DNA from: Desulfatiglandales bacterium
GTDB taxonomy: Bacteria > Desulfobacterota > DSM-4660 > Desulfatiglandales > Desulfatiglandaceae
Reading direction: 5' to 3'
Assembly: GCA_963662465.1 (NCBI GenBank)
Contig: OY759599.1
Span: 6,304,001-6,368,000 of the forward strand
DNA length: 64,000 bases
Below the pieces are notes generated by a model. It saw nothing but the letters and a program-made list of their open reading frames with translations. It was not told where the DNA came from and ran no database searches. A program made the position numbers and the translations under genes. Positions 49,532 through 60,621 of this stretch are shown here, piece by piece; the stretch's first letter is position 1; every line of letters begins with the position of its first letter.

Positions 49532-50260
49532 TCAAATATCTTTGGCTAGACTTTCAGCTTTCAGTTTCTTATTGCGTTCATATCGCATCTGGACCATTTC
49601 GACGCACAGCGCAAAGCCCATGGGAAGGTAGATGTAAGCCTTTGGGACGTGCTTGTGAAGTCCCTCCATGAAAATGGTGATGCCGATGGTGATTAGGAAG
49701 GAAAGGGCGAGAATTTTAAGGGCAGGGTGTTTCAGAATGAAGTCCCCGATGGGTCCGGCAAAGGCCAAGATAACCACAAAGGACAGCACGACGGCCGTAA
49801 TGATGATCCAGATCTCATTGGTGAGTCCGATGGCGGTGATCACCGAGTCGATGGAAAAAACAACGTCCAGAAGAACGATTTGAGTGATGACCGAACCAAA
49901 GCTCTTCTGAACATTGGCGGCGATCTCCGGCTCATCGTCTCGCAGGGTGACGGTGTGGTGAATTTCTCGAACCGCCTTCCACAGGAGGAACAGTCCCCCC
50001 GCAATGAGGATGATGTCCCGGGTTGAAAAGTGATAAATCAGGGTGTTGGTCAGGTTGCTCAGAGTCAGCAGGATAAAAAGGACCAATATTCGAGCTGTCA
50101 GGGCGATACCTAAACCCATGATCCTGGCTCTGGTTCGGTGGGATGCCGGGAGTCGTGAGACAAAAATGCTGATAACCAGGATGTTGTCCACTCCGAGGAC
50201 CAGCTCCAGGCCAATCAGCAACAGCAGTAAGGCAGCTGCATCAGCCATTTTGGCATCCAC
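49532..50260 (-). CDS. TerC-family membrane protein
   Basis: LELVLGVDN, GGLFLLWKA, DVVFSIDSVITAIG. Confidence 0.92.
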   Translation of the reverse strand: MDAKMADAAALLLLLIGLELVLGVDNILVISIFVSRLPASHRTRARIMGLGIALTARILVLFILLTLSNLTNTLIYHFSTRDIILIAGGLFLLWKAVREIHHTVTLRDDEPEIAANVQKSFGSVITQIVLLDVVFSIDSVITAIGLTNEIWIIITAVVLSFVVILAFAGPIGDFILKHPALKILALSFLITIGITIFMEGLHKHVPKAYIYLPMGFALCVEMVQMRYERNKKLKAESLAKDI

Positions 50261-50304
50261 TCAATTTCGTCATCATTCGGAAAAACGATATTTTCGTTGC
50301 CACA

Positions 50305-50958
50305 TTATCGGTCATGTTCCTTTACATCAAATTCCGGCAGACTTTCCACCTGATCCTTGTTGATTTTAAGGTATACGTCACCGTTTTCATAATGGTCAAT
50401 TTGGTTGACAGGCACCGCAATATCCTTTTTGCCCCACAGGTGGCCTTCCAGCAAAACGAGGTGGGTAATGCGGCCGCTTTTCCCTTCCACCAGGAATTCG
50501 TCAACGCGACCCACCCGTTCGTCCTTGGCAAAAACCTTGGCGCCCTTGTGAACCGCAGCGCCGCCGGCCGGAATATTCTCGTGTTCCACAAACACGCTTG
50601 CGGGTATTCCCGCATACCAACCCTCCTGTTCGGCCATGTAAAGCATCACATTGGAGGGGATGTAGTCCTCTTGAATAAAGTGTTTCATTTCCCTGAATTT
50701 TTCCTTGCTGATGGAAAGCGTTACGGTATCATGGTTTGCCTCTTTCACCTTTTTTTCCGAAACCAGTCGCAAGGTATTTTCCACGTCGTGTTCCTTGACC
50801 ACCAGATAGGTGATCTTTTCAGCATGCGTATTCACAATAATATTTTCAAGGCGACCGATCCGGCCGTCCGTGCAGTCAACATGGGCGTTTAAATGAATAT
50901 CCATAAAAATCTTCCTCCAATGCAGGTTGTTGTTTTTTCTCTTTTGATCATTTTCCAC
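50305..50958 (-). CDS. PRC-barrel domain protein (start probably MDIHL)
   Basis: Two barrels: VDCTDGRIGRL..ITYLVV and DERVGRVDE..ITHLVL..GHLWG. Confidence 0.85.
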   Translation of the reverse strand: MENDQKRKNNNLHWRKIFMDIHLNAHVDCTDGRIGRLENIIVNTHAEKITYLVVKEHDVENTLRLVSEKKVKEANHDTVTLSISKEKFREMKHFIQEDYIPSNVMLYMAEQEGWYAGIPASVFVEHENIPAGGAAVHKGAKVFAKDERVGRVDEFLVEGKSGRITHLVLLEGHLWGKKDIAVPVNQIDHYENGDVYLKINKDQVESLPEFDVKEHDR

Positions 50959-50969
50959 GAAGCAGTTGA

Positions 50970-51374
50970 TTATCGCGCAGGCGTGTGGCTCCGGATGTAA
51001 TCGATAATATCCGTTGTAACGGTTCCGGGGCCAAATATTTCCGTAATTCCGACCGCTTTAAGCGCCGGGATATCCTCGTCGGGAATGATGCCGCCTCCCA
51101 GGACCAGCATGTCGTTTACGCCCTTTTTTTTCAGTAATTCCATGACCTTTGGGAAAAGATAGTCGTGGGCGCCGGACAGGATACTCATGGCGATGACATC
51201 CACATCTTCCTGTATGGCGGATTCCACAATTTGCGTGGGCGTTTGTCTTAAACCCGTATAGACCACCTCCATGCCCGCGTTCATGAGGGCCGACGCCACC
51301 ACCTTGATTCCTCTGTCATGGCCATCCAATCCCGGTTTTGCCGCCAGAACCCTTATCTTTTTTGCTTTACCCAT
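50970..51374 (-). CDS. Methylmalonyl-CoA mutase, cobalamin-binding subunit
   Basis: [24 protein letters not shown]. Confidence 0.95.
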   Translation of the reverse strand: MGKAKKIRVLAAKPGLDGHDRGIKVVASALMNAGMEVVYTGLRQTPTQIVESAIQEDVDVIAMSILSGAHDYLFPKVMELLKKKGVNDMLVLGGGIIPDEDIPALKAVGITEIFGPGTVTTDIIDYIRSHTPAR

Positions 51375-51389
51375 TTTTTGTTTCTCCTA

Positions 51390-53069
51390 TTAGCCCAGCG
51401 TGTTGATGGGCTGGTATTCGCCGAATACGCTGCGCAATACGTCGCAGATTTCACCAAGGGTCGCATAAACCCGCACGGCATCCAGAATGAGAGGCATCAG
51501 ATTTTCGGTTCCGCGAGCGCCCCGGTCCAGAGCGGCCAGCGTGTTTTTCACGTCTTGGCCGTTTCTCTCCGTCCTCAGTTTTTTGAGACGGCCGATCTGT
51601 TCCGTTCGAACCGCCGGGTTCACCCGCAACAGATTTTTAGGCTTTTCCTCTTCTATGTGAAAGCGGTTAAGGCCCACTACAATCCGCTCTTCCTTTTCAA
51701 TGGCCCGTTGATAGGCGTAAGCACTGTCCTGGATTTCTCGCTGCACGAATCCCTGCTCGATGGCGGCGGGCGCCCCTCCCATCTCGTCGATTTTTTGAAT
51801 GTAGGCGTGGGCCCGGTCATGGATTTCCCGGGTAAGCGCTTCCACGTAATAGGAACCGGCCAGGGGGTCCACTGTGTCGGTTACCCCGGTTTCGTAGGCA
51901 ATCATTTGCTGGGTTTTCAGGGCGATCTGTACCGACTCCTGGGAAGGAAGGCTCAATGCCTCGTCCATGGAGTTGGTATGTAGGCTCTGGGTGCCGCCCA
52001 GAACCGCGGAAAGCGCCTGATAGGCCACCCGAACGATATTGTTCTTGGGTTGCTGGGCGGTTAAGGTACACCCCGCCGTCTGGGTATGAAAGCGAATCAT
52101 CATACTCTTGGGGTTTTTGGCGTGAAAACGCTCTTTCATGATATGGGCCCACAGCTTCCTGGCTGCCCGGTATTTGGCCACTTCTTCCAGAAAATCCAGG
52201 TGGGCGTTGAAAAAGAAGGAGAGTCTGGGGCCGAATTGGTCCACATCCAGCCCGGCTTTGAGGGCCGCGTCCACATAGGCGATGCCGTTGGCCAGGGTGA
52301 AGGCGATTTCCTGCACCGCCGTTGAACCTGCCTCCCGAATATGATACCCGCTGATGCTGATGGTGTTCCAGAGGGGAACCTGCTCGGCGCAATAGGAAAA
52401 GATGTCCGTAATAATGCGCATGGAAGGTTTGGGCGGATAGATATAGGTGCCGCGGGAGGAATATTCCTTTAAAATATCGTTTTGGATGGTCCCCCTCAGT
52501 TTTTTGGGGTCTGCCCCCTGTTTCTCCGCTACCACGATGTACATGGCCAGCAGCACCGCCGCTGGGGCGTTAATGGTCATGGAGGTGCTGACCTTTTCAA
52601 GGGGAATTTCTCGAAACAGGGTTTCCATATCGGCCAGGGAGTCGATGGCCACGCCCACCTTTCCCACTTCCCCGATGGCCATTTCATGGTCCGAATCATA
52701 ACCGATCTGGGTGGGGAGATCAAAGGCCACGGAAAGTCCCGTCTGACCCTGGTCCAGCAGAAAGCGGTATCGTTTATTGGACTCCTCGGCTGAGGCAAAC
52801 CCCGCATACTGCCGCATGGTCCAGAAGCGTCCCCGGTACATGTTAGGCTGAACGCCCCGGGTATAGGGGTATTCGCCCGGGAATCCCAGGTTTGATAAAT
52901 AGTCTTTTTCCACATGGTCCAAGGGCGTATAGAGCCTGTTGATGGGGATTCCGGAGGTATTGACAAATGCCGGTTTTCGTTCCGGCCGTTTGCTGATTTT
53001 CCGGTCAACCTCTTTTGACCATTTTTTCAATGCATCCGTCAGCGTAGCCTGGTTTTTTTCGTCAGACAT
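51390..53069 (-). CDS. Methylmalonyl-CoA mutase, substrate-binding subunit
   Basis: [14 protein letters not shown] (Tyr), [22 protein letters not shown]. Confidence 0.95.
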   Translation of the reverse strand: MSDEKNQATLTDALKKWSKEVDRKISKRPERKPAFVNTSGIPINRLYTPLDHVEKDYLSNLGFPGEYPYTRGVQPNMYRGRFWTMRQYAGFASAEESNKRYRFLLDQGQTGLSVAFDLPTQIGYDSDHEMAIGEVGKVGVAIDSLADMETLFREIPLEKVSTSMTINAPAAVLLAMYIVVAEKQGADPKKLRGTIQNDILKEYSSRGTYIYPPKPSMRIITDIFSYCAEQVPLWNTISISGYHIREAGSTAVQEIAFTLANGIAYVDAALKAGLDVDQFGPRLSFFFNAHLDFLEEVAKYRAARKLWAHIMKERFHAKNPKSMMIRFHTQTAGCTLTAQQPKNNIVRVAYQALSAVLGGTQSLHTNSMDEALSLPSQESVQIALKTQQMIAYETGVTDTVDPLAGSYYVEALTREIHDRAHAYIQKIDEMGGAPAAIEQGFVQREIQDSAYAYQRAIEKEERIVVGLNRFHIEEEKPKNLLRVNPAVRTEQIGRLKKLRTERNGQDVKNTLAALDRGARGTENLMPLILDAVRVYATLGEICDVLRSVFGEYQPINTLG

Positions 53070-53127
53070 GGGTGATTCTCCATTCTTCCCGTCCCGTTTA
53101 ACGGGGATATAGGCGTTATGCCGGTTT

Positions 53128-54003
53128 TCAGGCGCTTTTCATGACTTCAAGTACGGTTTGCCCCAAATGGGAAAGGCTTGGGGCCACGGTGATGCCGGCC
53201 TGTTCAAGGGCCTTGATCTTGTCTTCGGCTTTGCCCTGGCCGCCGGAAATGATGGCGCCCGCATGGCCCATGCGTTTTCCGGGAGGGGCCGTTTGCCCCG
53301 CAATAAAGGCCACCACCGGTTTACGAAAAGACGCCTCGATATACAGGGCGGCCTCTTCTTCGGCGTTTCCGCCGATTTCCCCGATCAGCACCACCCCTTC
53401 GGTGCCCGGATCTTCCTGGAACCGTTTGAGATGGTCAATGAAGGTGCTGCCGATGATCGGGTCTCCGCCGATGCCGATGCAGGTGGACTGGCCCAATCCC
53501 GCCTGGGTTAACTGGTACACCACTTCATAGGTGAGGGTGCCGCTTCGGGAAATGACGGCCATGCTGCCGGGTCTGTGAATATCTCCGGGCATGATGCCCA
53601 CCTTGGTTTTTCCGGGGGAGATAATGCCCGGACAGTTGGGGCCAATGAGTACGGTGTCTTTGCCTTTCAGGCAACCGGCGACCTTTACCATGTCCAGGGT
53701 GGGAATGCCCTCCGTAATGCACACGATCACCTCGATGCCGCTGGAAATGGCTTCAAGGACCGCATCCGCCGCAAAGGGCGGCGGCACAAAGATGATGGCC
53801 GTGTCGGCGCCTTCCTTTTCCACCACTGCTTCCACCGTGTTGAATACAGGCACCCCTTCGACGGTTTGCCCCCCCTTTCCCGGTGAGACGCCCCCCACCA
53901 CGTTTGTGCCGTAGGCTAACATCTGTTGGGTGTGGAAGGTCCCTTCACGACCGGTCATGCCCTGAACCACAATTCTGCTTTTTTCATCAACCAGTATGCT
54001 CAT
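53128..54003 (-). CDS. sucD: Succinyl-CoA ligase alpha subunit
   Basis: [23 protein letters not shown]. Confidence 0.96.
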   Translation of the reverse strand: MSILVDEKSRIVVQGMTGREGTFHTQQMLAYGTNVVGGVSPGKGGQTVEGVPVFNTVEAVVEKEGADTAIIFVPPPFAADAVLEAISSGIEVIVCITEGIPTLDMVKVAGCLKGKDTVLIGPNCPGIISPGKTKVGIMPGDIHRPGSMAVISRSGTLTYEVVYQLTQAGLGQSTCIGIGGDPIIGSTFIDHLKRFQEDPGTEGVVLIGEIGGNAEEEAALYIEASFRKPVVAFIAGQTAPPGKRMGHAGAIISGGQGKAEDKIKALEQAGITVAPSLSHLGQTVLEVMKSA

Positions 54004-54005
54004 AA

Positions 54006-55181
54006 TCAGTCTGTCCCCTTAACCTGTTCCGCCACATGGTTCGCCGCTTCGGCCAGATCTTTCGCCAGCAGGAACGATAATTCGGAATTCTCGAGAATTT
54101 TTCGGCCTTCCGCCACATTGGTGCCTTCCAGTCGGACGATCAACGGCACTCGGATTTGACTTTTTTTGGCCGCGGCCACCACGCCTCTCGCCAGAATGTC
54201 GCACCTGAGGATGCCGCCGAAAATGTTGACCAGAATCGCCTTGACCCGCCGATCTTTCAGGATGATTTCAAATCCCTTGGCAATCATTTCTTCACTGGCG
54301 CCGCCCCCCACATCCAGAAAATTGGCCGGTTCCGCACCGGCCGCCTTGATCAGGTCCAGAGTGGCCATAGCGAGGCCCGCCCCGTTGACCATGGCCCCGA
54401 TATTGCCGTCCAGACGAATGTAGTTGAGATGGTACTGCTTGGCGACCAACTCCAGCGGATCCTCTTCGCTGGGGTCGTCCAGGGCCAGGAGTTCCTTCTG
54501 GCGGAACAGGGCGTTATCGTCCAGGTTGATCTTGGCATCAACCGCAAATACCCGCTCCCCCGTTGTAATCACCAGGGGATTGATTTCAACCAGTGAACAG
54601 TCCAGGGTGACGAATATATCATAAATCTTGGTCATTACCGACATCAGCTGTTTGACCACCCCGGGGGCCGGCAACGGATTCAATTTGTAGATCAGGTTTC
54701 GTGATTGATAAGGGAGCCAGCCCGTGGCCGGATCCACGTACTCCTTCCAGATCAGCTCCGGCGTTTTTTGGGCCACCTCCTCGATTTCCATGCCGCCGGC
54801 CTGGCTGAAAATCATTGCCGGCATGGCCATTTTGCGATCGATGACCATGCCCAGGTACAGTTCCCTTTCAATGTCCACCCCCTGTTCCACGAGAACTTTG
54901 TGGACCCTGACGCCGTCAGGTCCTGTCTGGGGCGTCACCAGTGAGGTCTTGAGCAGGGATTCCGTGGTGGTGACCACCTCATAAGGGTAATTGACCACCT
55001 TGACGCCGCCGCCTTTGCCCCGACCGCCGGCGTGAACCTGGGCCTTGACGACCCATGGATGCCCACTGATGATCTGAGTAACCTTGGAGGCCTGGTCCGG
55101 AGAGGACACCACCTGGCCTTCCGGCACCGGAACGCCCGATTGCCTGAGAATGTCTTTTGCCTGATATTCGTGTATTTTCAT
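54006..55181 (-). CDS. sucC: Succinyl-CoA ligase beta subunit
   Basis: [42 protein letters not shown]. Confidence 0.96.
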   Translation of the reverse strand: MKIHEYQAKDILRQSGVPVPEGQVVSSPDQASKVTQIISGHPWVVKAQVHAGGRGKGGGVKVVNYPYEVVTTTESLLKTSLVTPQTGPDGVRVHKVLVEQGVDIERELYLGMVIDRKMAMPAMIFSQAGGMEIEEVAQKTPELIWKEYVDPATGWLPYQSRNLIYKLNPLPAPGVVKQLMSVMTKIYDIFVTLDCSLVEINPLVITTGERVFAVDAKINLDDNALFRQKELLALDDPSEEDPLELVAKQYHLNYIRLDGNIGAMVNGAGLAMATLDLIKAAGAEPANFLDVGGGASEEMIAKGFEIILKDRRVKAILVNIFGGILRCDILARGVVAAAKKSQIRVPLIVRLEGTNVAEGRKILENSELSFLLAKDLAEAANHVAEQVKGTD

Positions 55182-55222
55182 GGGTTGTCCTTCTGTTCAT
55201 GTTGTTTGAATAATAATTTTTT

Positions 55223-55459
55223 TCATGATGCAAAGCGCTTTTCAATATCTCGCATTGCTTTGCCATAATTAACGCCAATCGCCGTTCCAGCATCGACGGC
55301 ATGAACCCTATCCGTGATTTCCTTTTCCCAAGCGGTGTTAACATCATCGGAATTCAAAGATTGGTTATCAAGAAAAAGAAGGAATCTGGCTATTTCCAAC
55401 TGCTTTTTCCTGGGCAAGCTGATTAATTCCGTGGTTAAAGCTTCAATGTTTAGCGCCAT
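55223..55459 (-). CDS. Orphan addiction-module antitoxin
   Basis: LISLP...AWEKEITDR..VDAG pattern; no full toxin follows. Confidence 0.75.
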   Translation of the reverse strand: MALNIEALTTELISLPRKKQLEIARFLLFLDNQSLNSDDVNTAWEKEITDRVHAVDAGTAIGVNYGKAMRDIEKRFAS

Positions 55460-55527
55460 TTTTTGCAGTCCCTTTCTTTACGAGCTTAACGGCTTTCCGT
55501 GAGAAAAAAGAATAGTTACTGAGCAGA

Positions 55528-57078
55528 CTATAACGGACAATTCCCGTGCCGTCTTCCGGGAATGGTTTCCTTTTTGTTTTTGAGCATCATGAGCGCCTTG
55601 ATCAATCTGGGCCGGGTTTTTTCCGGAAAGATGATCTGATCGATGTAACCCAGTTCGGCCGCTTTGAAGGGGCTGGCGAAATTGTTTCGATAATCATCAA
55701 CCAGTTCCTTTCTTTTGGCTTCAGGGTCGTCTGCTTCGGCAAGTTCTTTTCTGAAAATGATATTGACGGCCCCTTCAGGTCCCATGACGGCGATTTCAGC
55801 GGTGGGGTAGGCATAGTTGATATCGCCCCCATGGTGCTTGCTGCTCATAACGTCATAGGCCCCGCCATAGGCCTTTCGGGTGACCACGGTGATCTTCGGC
55901 ACCGTGGCCTCGCAGTAGGCATAAATAATTTTGGCCCCGTGTTTAATGATGCCCCCGTGTTCCTGGCCGACCCCCGGTAGAAACCCCGGCACGTCCACGA
56001 AGGTGATAAGGGGAATATTGAAGCAATCGCAGGTTCGCACGAATCTGGAACATTTCATGGAGGCGTTGATGTCCAGGCATCCCGCCATGTATTTGGGCTG
56101 ATTGGCCACAATCCCGACCGGCATGCCGTTCAAGCGACCGAACCCGATGACCATGTTCTGAGCATAGTGGCGCTGGATTTCCATGAACTGGTGATGGTCC
56201 AGAACCGATTCAATAATATCCTTGATGTCGTAGGGAATCCTGGGATTGGTGGGCACCACGTTGTTCAATTTGGGGTCGATTCGTTCGGGATCATCGGTGC
56301 AGGGGATTGCGGGGGGCATTTCCCGGTAGTTTTGCGGCATATAGGCCAGGATATTTTTGACCCGGTCAAGGGCTGCCTGGTCGGACTCCTCCGCGAAATG
56401 GGCCACGCCGCTCTTGGTGTTGTGGGCCATGGCGCCCCCCAGGGCCTCGGCGGTTACTTCCTCGGCGGTGACGGTTTTAATGACCTGAGGGCCGGTGACG
56501 AACATGTTGCTGGTTTTTTTGACCATGACCGTAAAATCCGTAATGGCCGGTGAATAGACGGCCCCACCGGCGCAGGGCCCCATAATTACCGAGATCTGGG
56601 GGACCACGCCCGAAGACCACACATTCCGCTTGAATATTTCACCGTAGCTCCCCAGGCTGGTGACCCCTTCCTGGATTCTGGCGCCCCCCGAATCGTTCAA
56701 CCCGATAACCGGGGCGCCGTTTTTTAGCGCCAAATCCATTATTTTGCAGACTTTTTCACCAAAAGCGCCACTCAAAGACCCGCCAAATACGGTGAAATCC
56801 TGAGAAAATATGAAGACAGACCGACCATCGATGGCGCCATATCCCGTCACCACCCCGTCACCGGGAATCTTTTTTTTCTGCATGCCGAAATCCTGGCAGC
56901 GATGGACCACGAACTTGTCGATTTCTTCAAAACTGTCTTTGTCAAGCAGGTAGTCGATCCTCTCCCGGGCCGTCAGTTTTCCCCTGGCGTGTTGCGAATC
57001 AATCCTTTTTTGGCCGCCGCCCAGGGCTGCTTCACGATTTCTTCTCTTAAGTTCACTGATTTTCTCTTCTATATCCAT
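55528..57078 (-). CDS. pccB: Acyl-CoA carboxylase carboxyltransferase subunit (propionyl-/methylmalonyl-CoA)
   Basis: [36 protein letters not shown]; start at MDIEEK. Confidence 0.92.
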   Translation of the reverse strand: MDIEEKISELKRRNREAALGGGQKRIDSQHARGKLTARERIDYLLDKDSFEEIDKFVVHRCQDFGMQKKKIPGDGVVTGYGAIDGRSVFIFSQDFTVFGGSLSGAFGEKVCKIMDLALKNGAPVIGLNDSGGARIQEGVTSLGSYGEIFKRNVWSSGVVPQISVIMGPCAGGAVYSPAITDFTVMVKKTSNMFVTGPQVIKTVTAEEVTAEALGGAMAHNTKSGVAHFAEESDQAALDRVKNILAYMPQNYREMPPAIPCTDDPERIDPKLNNVVPTNPRIPYDIKDIIESVLDHHQFMEIQRHYAQNMVIGFGRLNGMPVGIVANQPKYMAGCLDINASMKCSRFVRTCDCFNIPLITFVDVPGFLPGVGQEHGGIIKHGAKIIYAYCEATVPKITVVTRKAYGGAYDVMSSKHHGGDINYAYPTAEIAVMGPEGAVNIIFRKELAEADDPEAKRKELVDDYRNNFASPFKAAELGYIDQIIFPEKTRPRLIKALMMLKNKKETIPGRRHGNCPL

Positions 57079-57155
57079 TTGGGTCTCCTTGGGGTTGTGG
57101 TAACAGAAGGGCCGATGCCAAAGCACTGTGCGAACGGAGTGCTGAGTGATGGTTT

Positions 57156-57452
57156 TCAGGAACGCTTGTTTTTCCAGTTCTGGTATTTGTGAAGGTCTTT
57201 TTCCAGATAATAGAGACAGAGCAGCAAAATGAACGCGTCATCGATCTGTCCCAGCAACGGAATAAAGTCAGGAAGGATGTCAATGGGGCTGAGGACATAG
57301 ACAATGGCCAGAACAAAGACGACAATGGATCCGAGAGAAACATCGCGATAGTCCCCTTTCCAATAATCTTTTATCAGCGAGACCAGAAGCTTGAAATCCT
57401 CAAGCAGCCGGCGCCACAAACCGATTTTGACCAGATTATTCCGTTGCATCAT
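57156..57452 (-). CDS. YkvA/DUF1232 small membrane protein
   Basis: [21 protein letters not shown]. Confidence 0.9.
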   Translation of the reverse strand: MMQRNNLVKIGLWRRLLEDFKLLVSLIKDYWKGDYRDVSLGSIVVFVLAIVYVLSPIDILPDFIPLLGQIDDAFILLLCLYYLEKDLHKYQNWKNKRS

Positions 57453-57591
57453 AGAAGACCTTGCTGAAAAGCGGCCTTATCATGTCAGGGTTTGAAGATA
57501 ATTTCAATAAATTTCATTGGGGTGGATTGGATCAAGCCCTAAAATTGTATTCCGGTTAATGGTTTTGAAAGCCAAAAGATGGTTTTTTGGC

Positions 57592-57627
57592 TTGCAAAGA
57601 ATTCCCGACATAGTTACAATGTAGCTA
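57592..57627 (+). promoter_or_regulatory. Sigma70-type promoter of the hdr operon with an overlapping imperfect palindrome
   Basis: TTGCAA-17 bp-TACAAT; TAGTTACA-A-TGTAGCTA overlaps the -10. Confidence 0.5.
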
Positions 57628-57706
57628 CAATCGAGAATCGAAGGGTTACAATGTTCAGTTTCGGCGGAAATTCCGTTCTTTGCCAAAGAATGAAGGAGAT
57701 AATCCA

Positions 57707-58102
57707 ATGACAGAAAAATTAAGGGGTTCCGTCCTGGTTGTGGGCGGAGGGATTGCCGGGATGCAGTCGGCACTGGATCTCGCCAACTCCGGTTACTATG
57801 TGTACCTGCTGGAAAAGAGCCCATCCATCGGGGGGGCCATGTCCCAGTTGGACAAGACCTTTCCCACCAATGACTGCGCCATGTGAATCATCTCTCCCAA
57901 ACTGGTCGAGGTCGGCCGGCATTTAAATATTGAATTGATTACCTATGCGGATCTGGAATCGGTGGAAGGGTCTGCGGGGAATTTCAAGGTGAAAATCAAA
58001 AAGCGCGCTCGAAGCATTGATATGACCCGCTGCACCGGGTGTGGCAGCTGCATCGAGAATTGTCCGGTAACCCATCAGGCGGTTAGTTTCGGGCAGGCAT
58101 GA
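57707..58102 (+). CDS. hdrA: Selenocysteine-containing N-terminal HdrA fragment (131 aa, Sec at codon 60)
   Basis: [47 protein letters not shown]; HdrA homology continues in frame past TGA 57884-57886 to the stop at 58100-58102. Confidence 0.88.
57902..57919 (+). promoter_or_regulatory. Putative bacterial SECIS hairpin
   Basis: CUGGUCG-AGGU-CGGCCGG stem-loop, 15 nt after the UGA, with a G-containing apical loop. Confidence 0.7.
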
Positions 58103-58175
58103 GTGTTCATTTGCGGTCATAAAAAAAAATCAAAACCCAAAACCGGGCTTACCGCCCTACGGAGTCTTTCTTAAA

Positions 58176-58682
58176 ATGAATGATACGAACCCCATGGCGA
58201 ATGAGGCGACTTTAGCCATTGATTATCTGGCTCTGGATCGGCTGGTGGAGGAGAGGTTTAACAACGACAAGGAAAACCTGATCATGATCCTTCAGGCCAT
58301 TCAGGCCCAATATAATTATCTTCCGCGACCCGCTTTGGCCTATCTTTCCGAAAAAATAGAAATCCCCCTCAGCCGTATTTACGGGGTGGCCACCTTCTAC
58401 AGCACCTTTAGCCTCGAACCCCGAGGGAAAAACATTATCAGCGTCTGCCTGGGCACCGCCTGTCATGTGCGGGGGGCCGGCAGAGTGATGGATCGGATTG
58501 AAGATATCTTGCACGTGGAAAACGGAGAAACCACCGAGGATGGTTTGTTCACCCTGGAATCGGTGCGGTGCATCGGTTGCTGCAGTCTGGGTCCGGTGGT
58601 TAAAATCAATGAAGACGTATATGGCCGAATCGCTTCAGAGAACCTGACGCAAATTCTGGATCATTACGGGGAATCCCACTAG
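58176..58682 (+). CDS. NuoE/HydC-like [2Fe-2S] subunit
   Basis: YGVATFY, VCLGTACHVRG, CIGCCSLGP. Confidence 0.93.
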   Translation: MNDTNPMANEATLAIDYLALDRLVEERFNNDKENLIMILQAIQAQYNYLPRPALAYLSEKIEIPLSRIYGVATFYSTFSLEPRGKNIISVCLGTACHVRGAGRVMDRIEDILHVENGETTEDGLFTLESVRCIGCCSLGPVVKINEDVYGRIASENLTQILDHYGESH

Positions 58683-58695
58683 AACAGGGCGGACG

Positions 58696-60603
58696 ATGGA
58701 TATGAAGATTCAGCAAATAACGGATATCGAAGAAATAGGCCGTAAACAAAAGGATGCCCTTTATTTTCCCGAAGGGGTGACCGTCAATACGGGTATGGCG
58801 TCCTGTGGCATTGCGGCGGGGGCTGACAAGACCTTTGCGCGGGCCGCGGCGGAATTCGGTGAAAACAAGGCCATAAAGATTCGAAAGACCGGGTGCCTGG
58901 GGTTTTGTGAAGTGGAGCCCCTGGTGGAAATCTTTAAAAAGGATGGCCCGCGAATTGTATATCGGAACGCAACGGAAGATAAAATCACGGATATCATCAA
59001 CGGCTACATGGAGGGCCGGTTTGACGGGAAACTGATCCTGGGGCAAATGCGCGATCCCAGGTCCCTGCTGGAGGACGACTTCCCAAACCCGCTTCAGGGC
59101 ATCACACCCGTCCCGGAAATACCGTTTCTGGAAGATGTTCCCTTCTATAGCCGGCAGATCAAGATCGCCCTTCGCAACTGCGGTTACATTGACCCCGAAC
59201 GTATCGAAGAATACATGGCCAAAGGGGGTTACAAGGCGTTTCTGTCGGCCCTCGAAGCCGGTCAACCCGAAAGCATCATCGCCGCCATCAAGGACTCGGG
59301 GCTGCGGGGGCGGGGGGGCGGTGGTTTTCCAACGGGGGCCAAATGGGAGAGTTGCGCGGCCCACGAGGGAGAACGCTTTATCATCTGCAACGCCGACGAG
59401 GGGGACCCCGGGGCCTACATGGATCGCAGCATCCTGGAGGGGGATCCCCACACCATTATCGAGGGAATGCTCATCGCGGGTCTGGCCATCGGCGCCAACA
59501 GCGGGTTTCTCTATGTGCGAAACGAATATCCCCTGGCCGTGAAACGGCTGGTCACGGCAATACGCCAGGCCACGGATTACGGTCTTTTGGGGCAAAACAT
59601 CGCGGGCTCCGATTTTTCCTTTGAGATGAAGATATCCACCGGTGCGGGGGCCTTTGTGTGCGGTGAATCCACGGCCCTCATGGCTTCCCTGGAAGGGGAA
59701 GTGGGTCGTCCCAGGGCCAAATATATCCATACGGCGGAAAAAGGATTCCGGGACAACCCCTCCAACCTGAACAACGTGGAAACCTATGCCAATGTGCCGG
59801 CCATTCTGTTAAAGGGCGCCGAGTGGTTTTCCCAGTTGGGAACGGATCGCAGCAAAGGAACCAAGGTATTCAGTCTGGTGGGCAAAATTAAGAATACGGG
59901 TCTCGTGGAAGTGCCCATGGGCACCAGCCTGCGCAGCATCATCTATGAGATGGGGGGCGGGATTCCCAAAAAGAAAGCTTTCAAGGCCGTGCAGACCGGC
60001 GGGCCTTCGGGGGGGTGCATTCCGGAGCAATTTTTGGATCTGGGAGTTGACTTTGATGCCTTGAAAAAGGTGGGGTCCATCATGGGGTCCGGCGGCATGA
60101 TCGTCATGGACCAGGATACCTGCATGGTGGATGTGGCCCGGTATTTCCTGGATTTTCTCAAGGAGGAATCCTGCGGCCAGTGCAACCCCTGCCGGGAAGG
60201 GATAAAACGGATGCTGGAGGTGCTAACCCGCATCTGCGACGGCGAAGGCCGGGAAGGGGATATTGAATTGCTGGAGGAATTGGGCGGCATGGTCAAGAAA
60301 TTTTCCCTCTGCGGGTTGGGTACTTCGGCCCCCAATCCGGTACTCACCACCATCCGCTATTTCAGGGACGAGTATGAGGCCCATATTCGGGACAAAAAAT
60401 GCCCGGCCGGGGTTTGTAAACCCTTGTTTCATTATGAAATTGATGAGAACGCCTGCACCGGTTGCCGGCTATGCGCCCTCAAATGCCCCCAGGAAGCCAT
60501 CACCGGGGAAAAGAAAAAACCCCATCAGCTGGCCCAGGAAAAATGCATCAAGTGCGGCATCTGTTATGAGGCCTGTAAATTTGGCGCCATTGTTATTGCC
60601 TGA
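58696..60603 (+). CDS. NuoF/HydB-like FMN/NAD(H) subunit with an N-terminal thioredoxin-like Fe-S domain and two C-terminal [4Fe-4S] motifs
   Basis: GLRGRGGGGFPTG, NADEGDPGAYMDR, GAGAFVCGE, GGPSGG, ESCGQCNPCREG, two CxxCxxCxxxC. Confidence 0.94.
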   Translation: MDMKIQQITDIEEIGRKQKDALYFPEGVTVNTGMASCGIAAGADKTFARAAAEFGENKAIKIRKTGCLGFCEVEPLVEIFKKDGPRIVYRNATEDKITDIINGYMEGRFDGKLILGQMRDPRSLLEDDFPNPLQGITPVPEIPFLEDVPFYSRQIKIALRNCGYIDPERIEEYMAKGGYKAFLSALEAGQPESIIAAIKDSGLRGRGGGGFPTGAKWESCAAHEGERFIICNADEGDPGAYMDRSILEGDPHTIIEGMLIAGLAIGANSGFLYVRNEYPLAVKRLVTAIRQATDYGLLGQNIAGSDFSFEMKISTGAGAFVCGESTALMASLEGEVGRPRAKYIHTAEKGFRDNPSNLNNVETYANVPAILLKGAEWFSQLGTDRSKGTKVFSLVGKIKNTGLVEVPMGTSLRSIIYEMGGGIPKKKAFKAVQTGGPSGGCIPEQFLDLGVDFDALKKVGSIMGSGGMIVMDQDTCMVDVARYFLDFLKEESCGQCNPCREGIKRMLEVLTRICDGEGREGDIELLEELGGMVKKFSLCGLGTSAPNPVLTTIRYFRDEYEAHIRDKKCPAGVCKPLFHYEIDENACTGCRLCALKCPQEAITGEKKKPHQLAQEKCIKCGICYEACKFGAIVIA

Positions 60604-60621
60604 CAGCTAAAAGGAATACCC

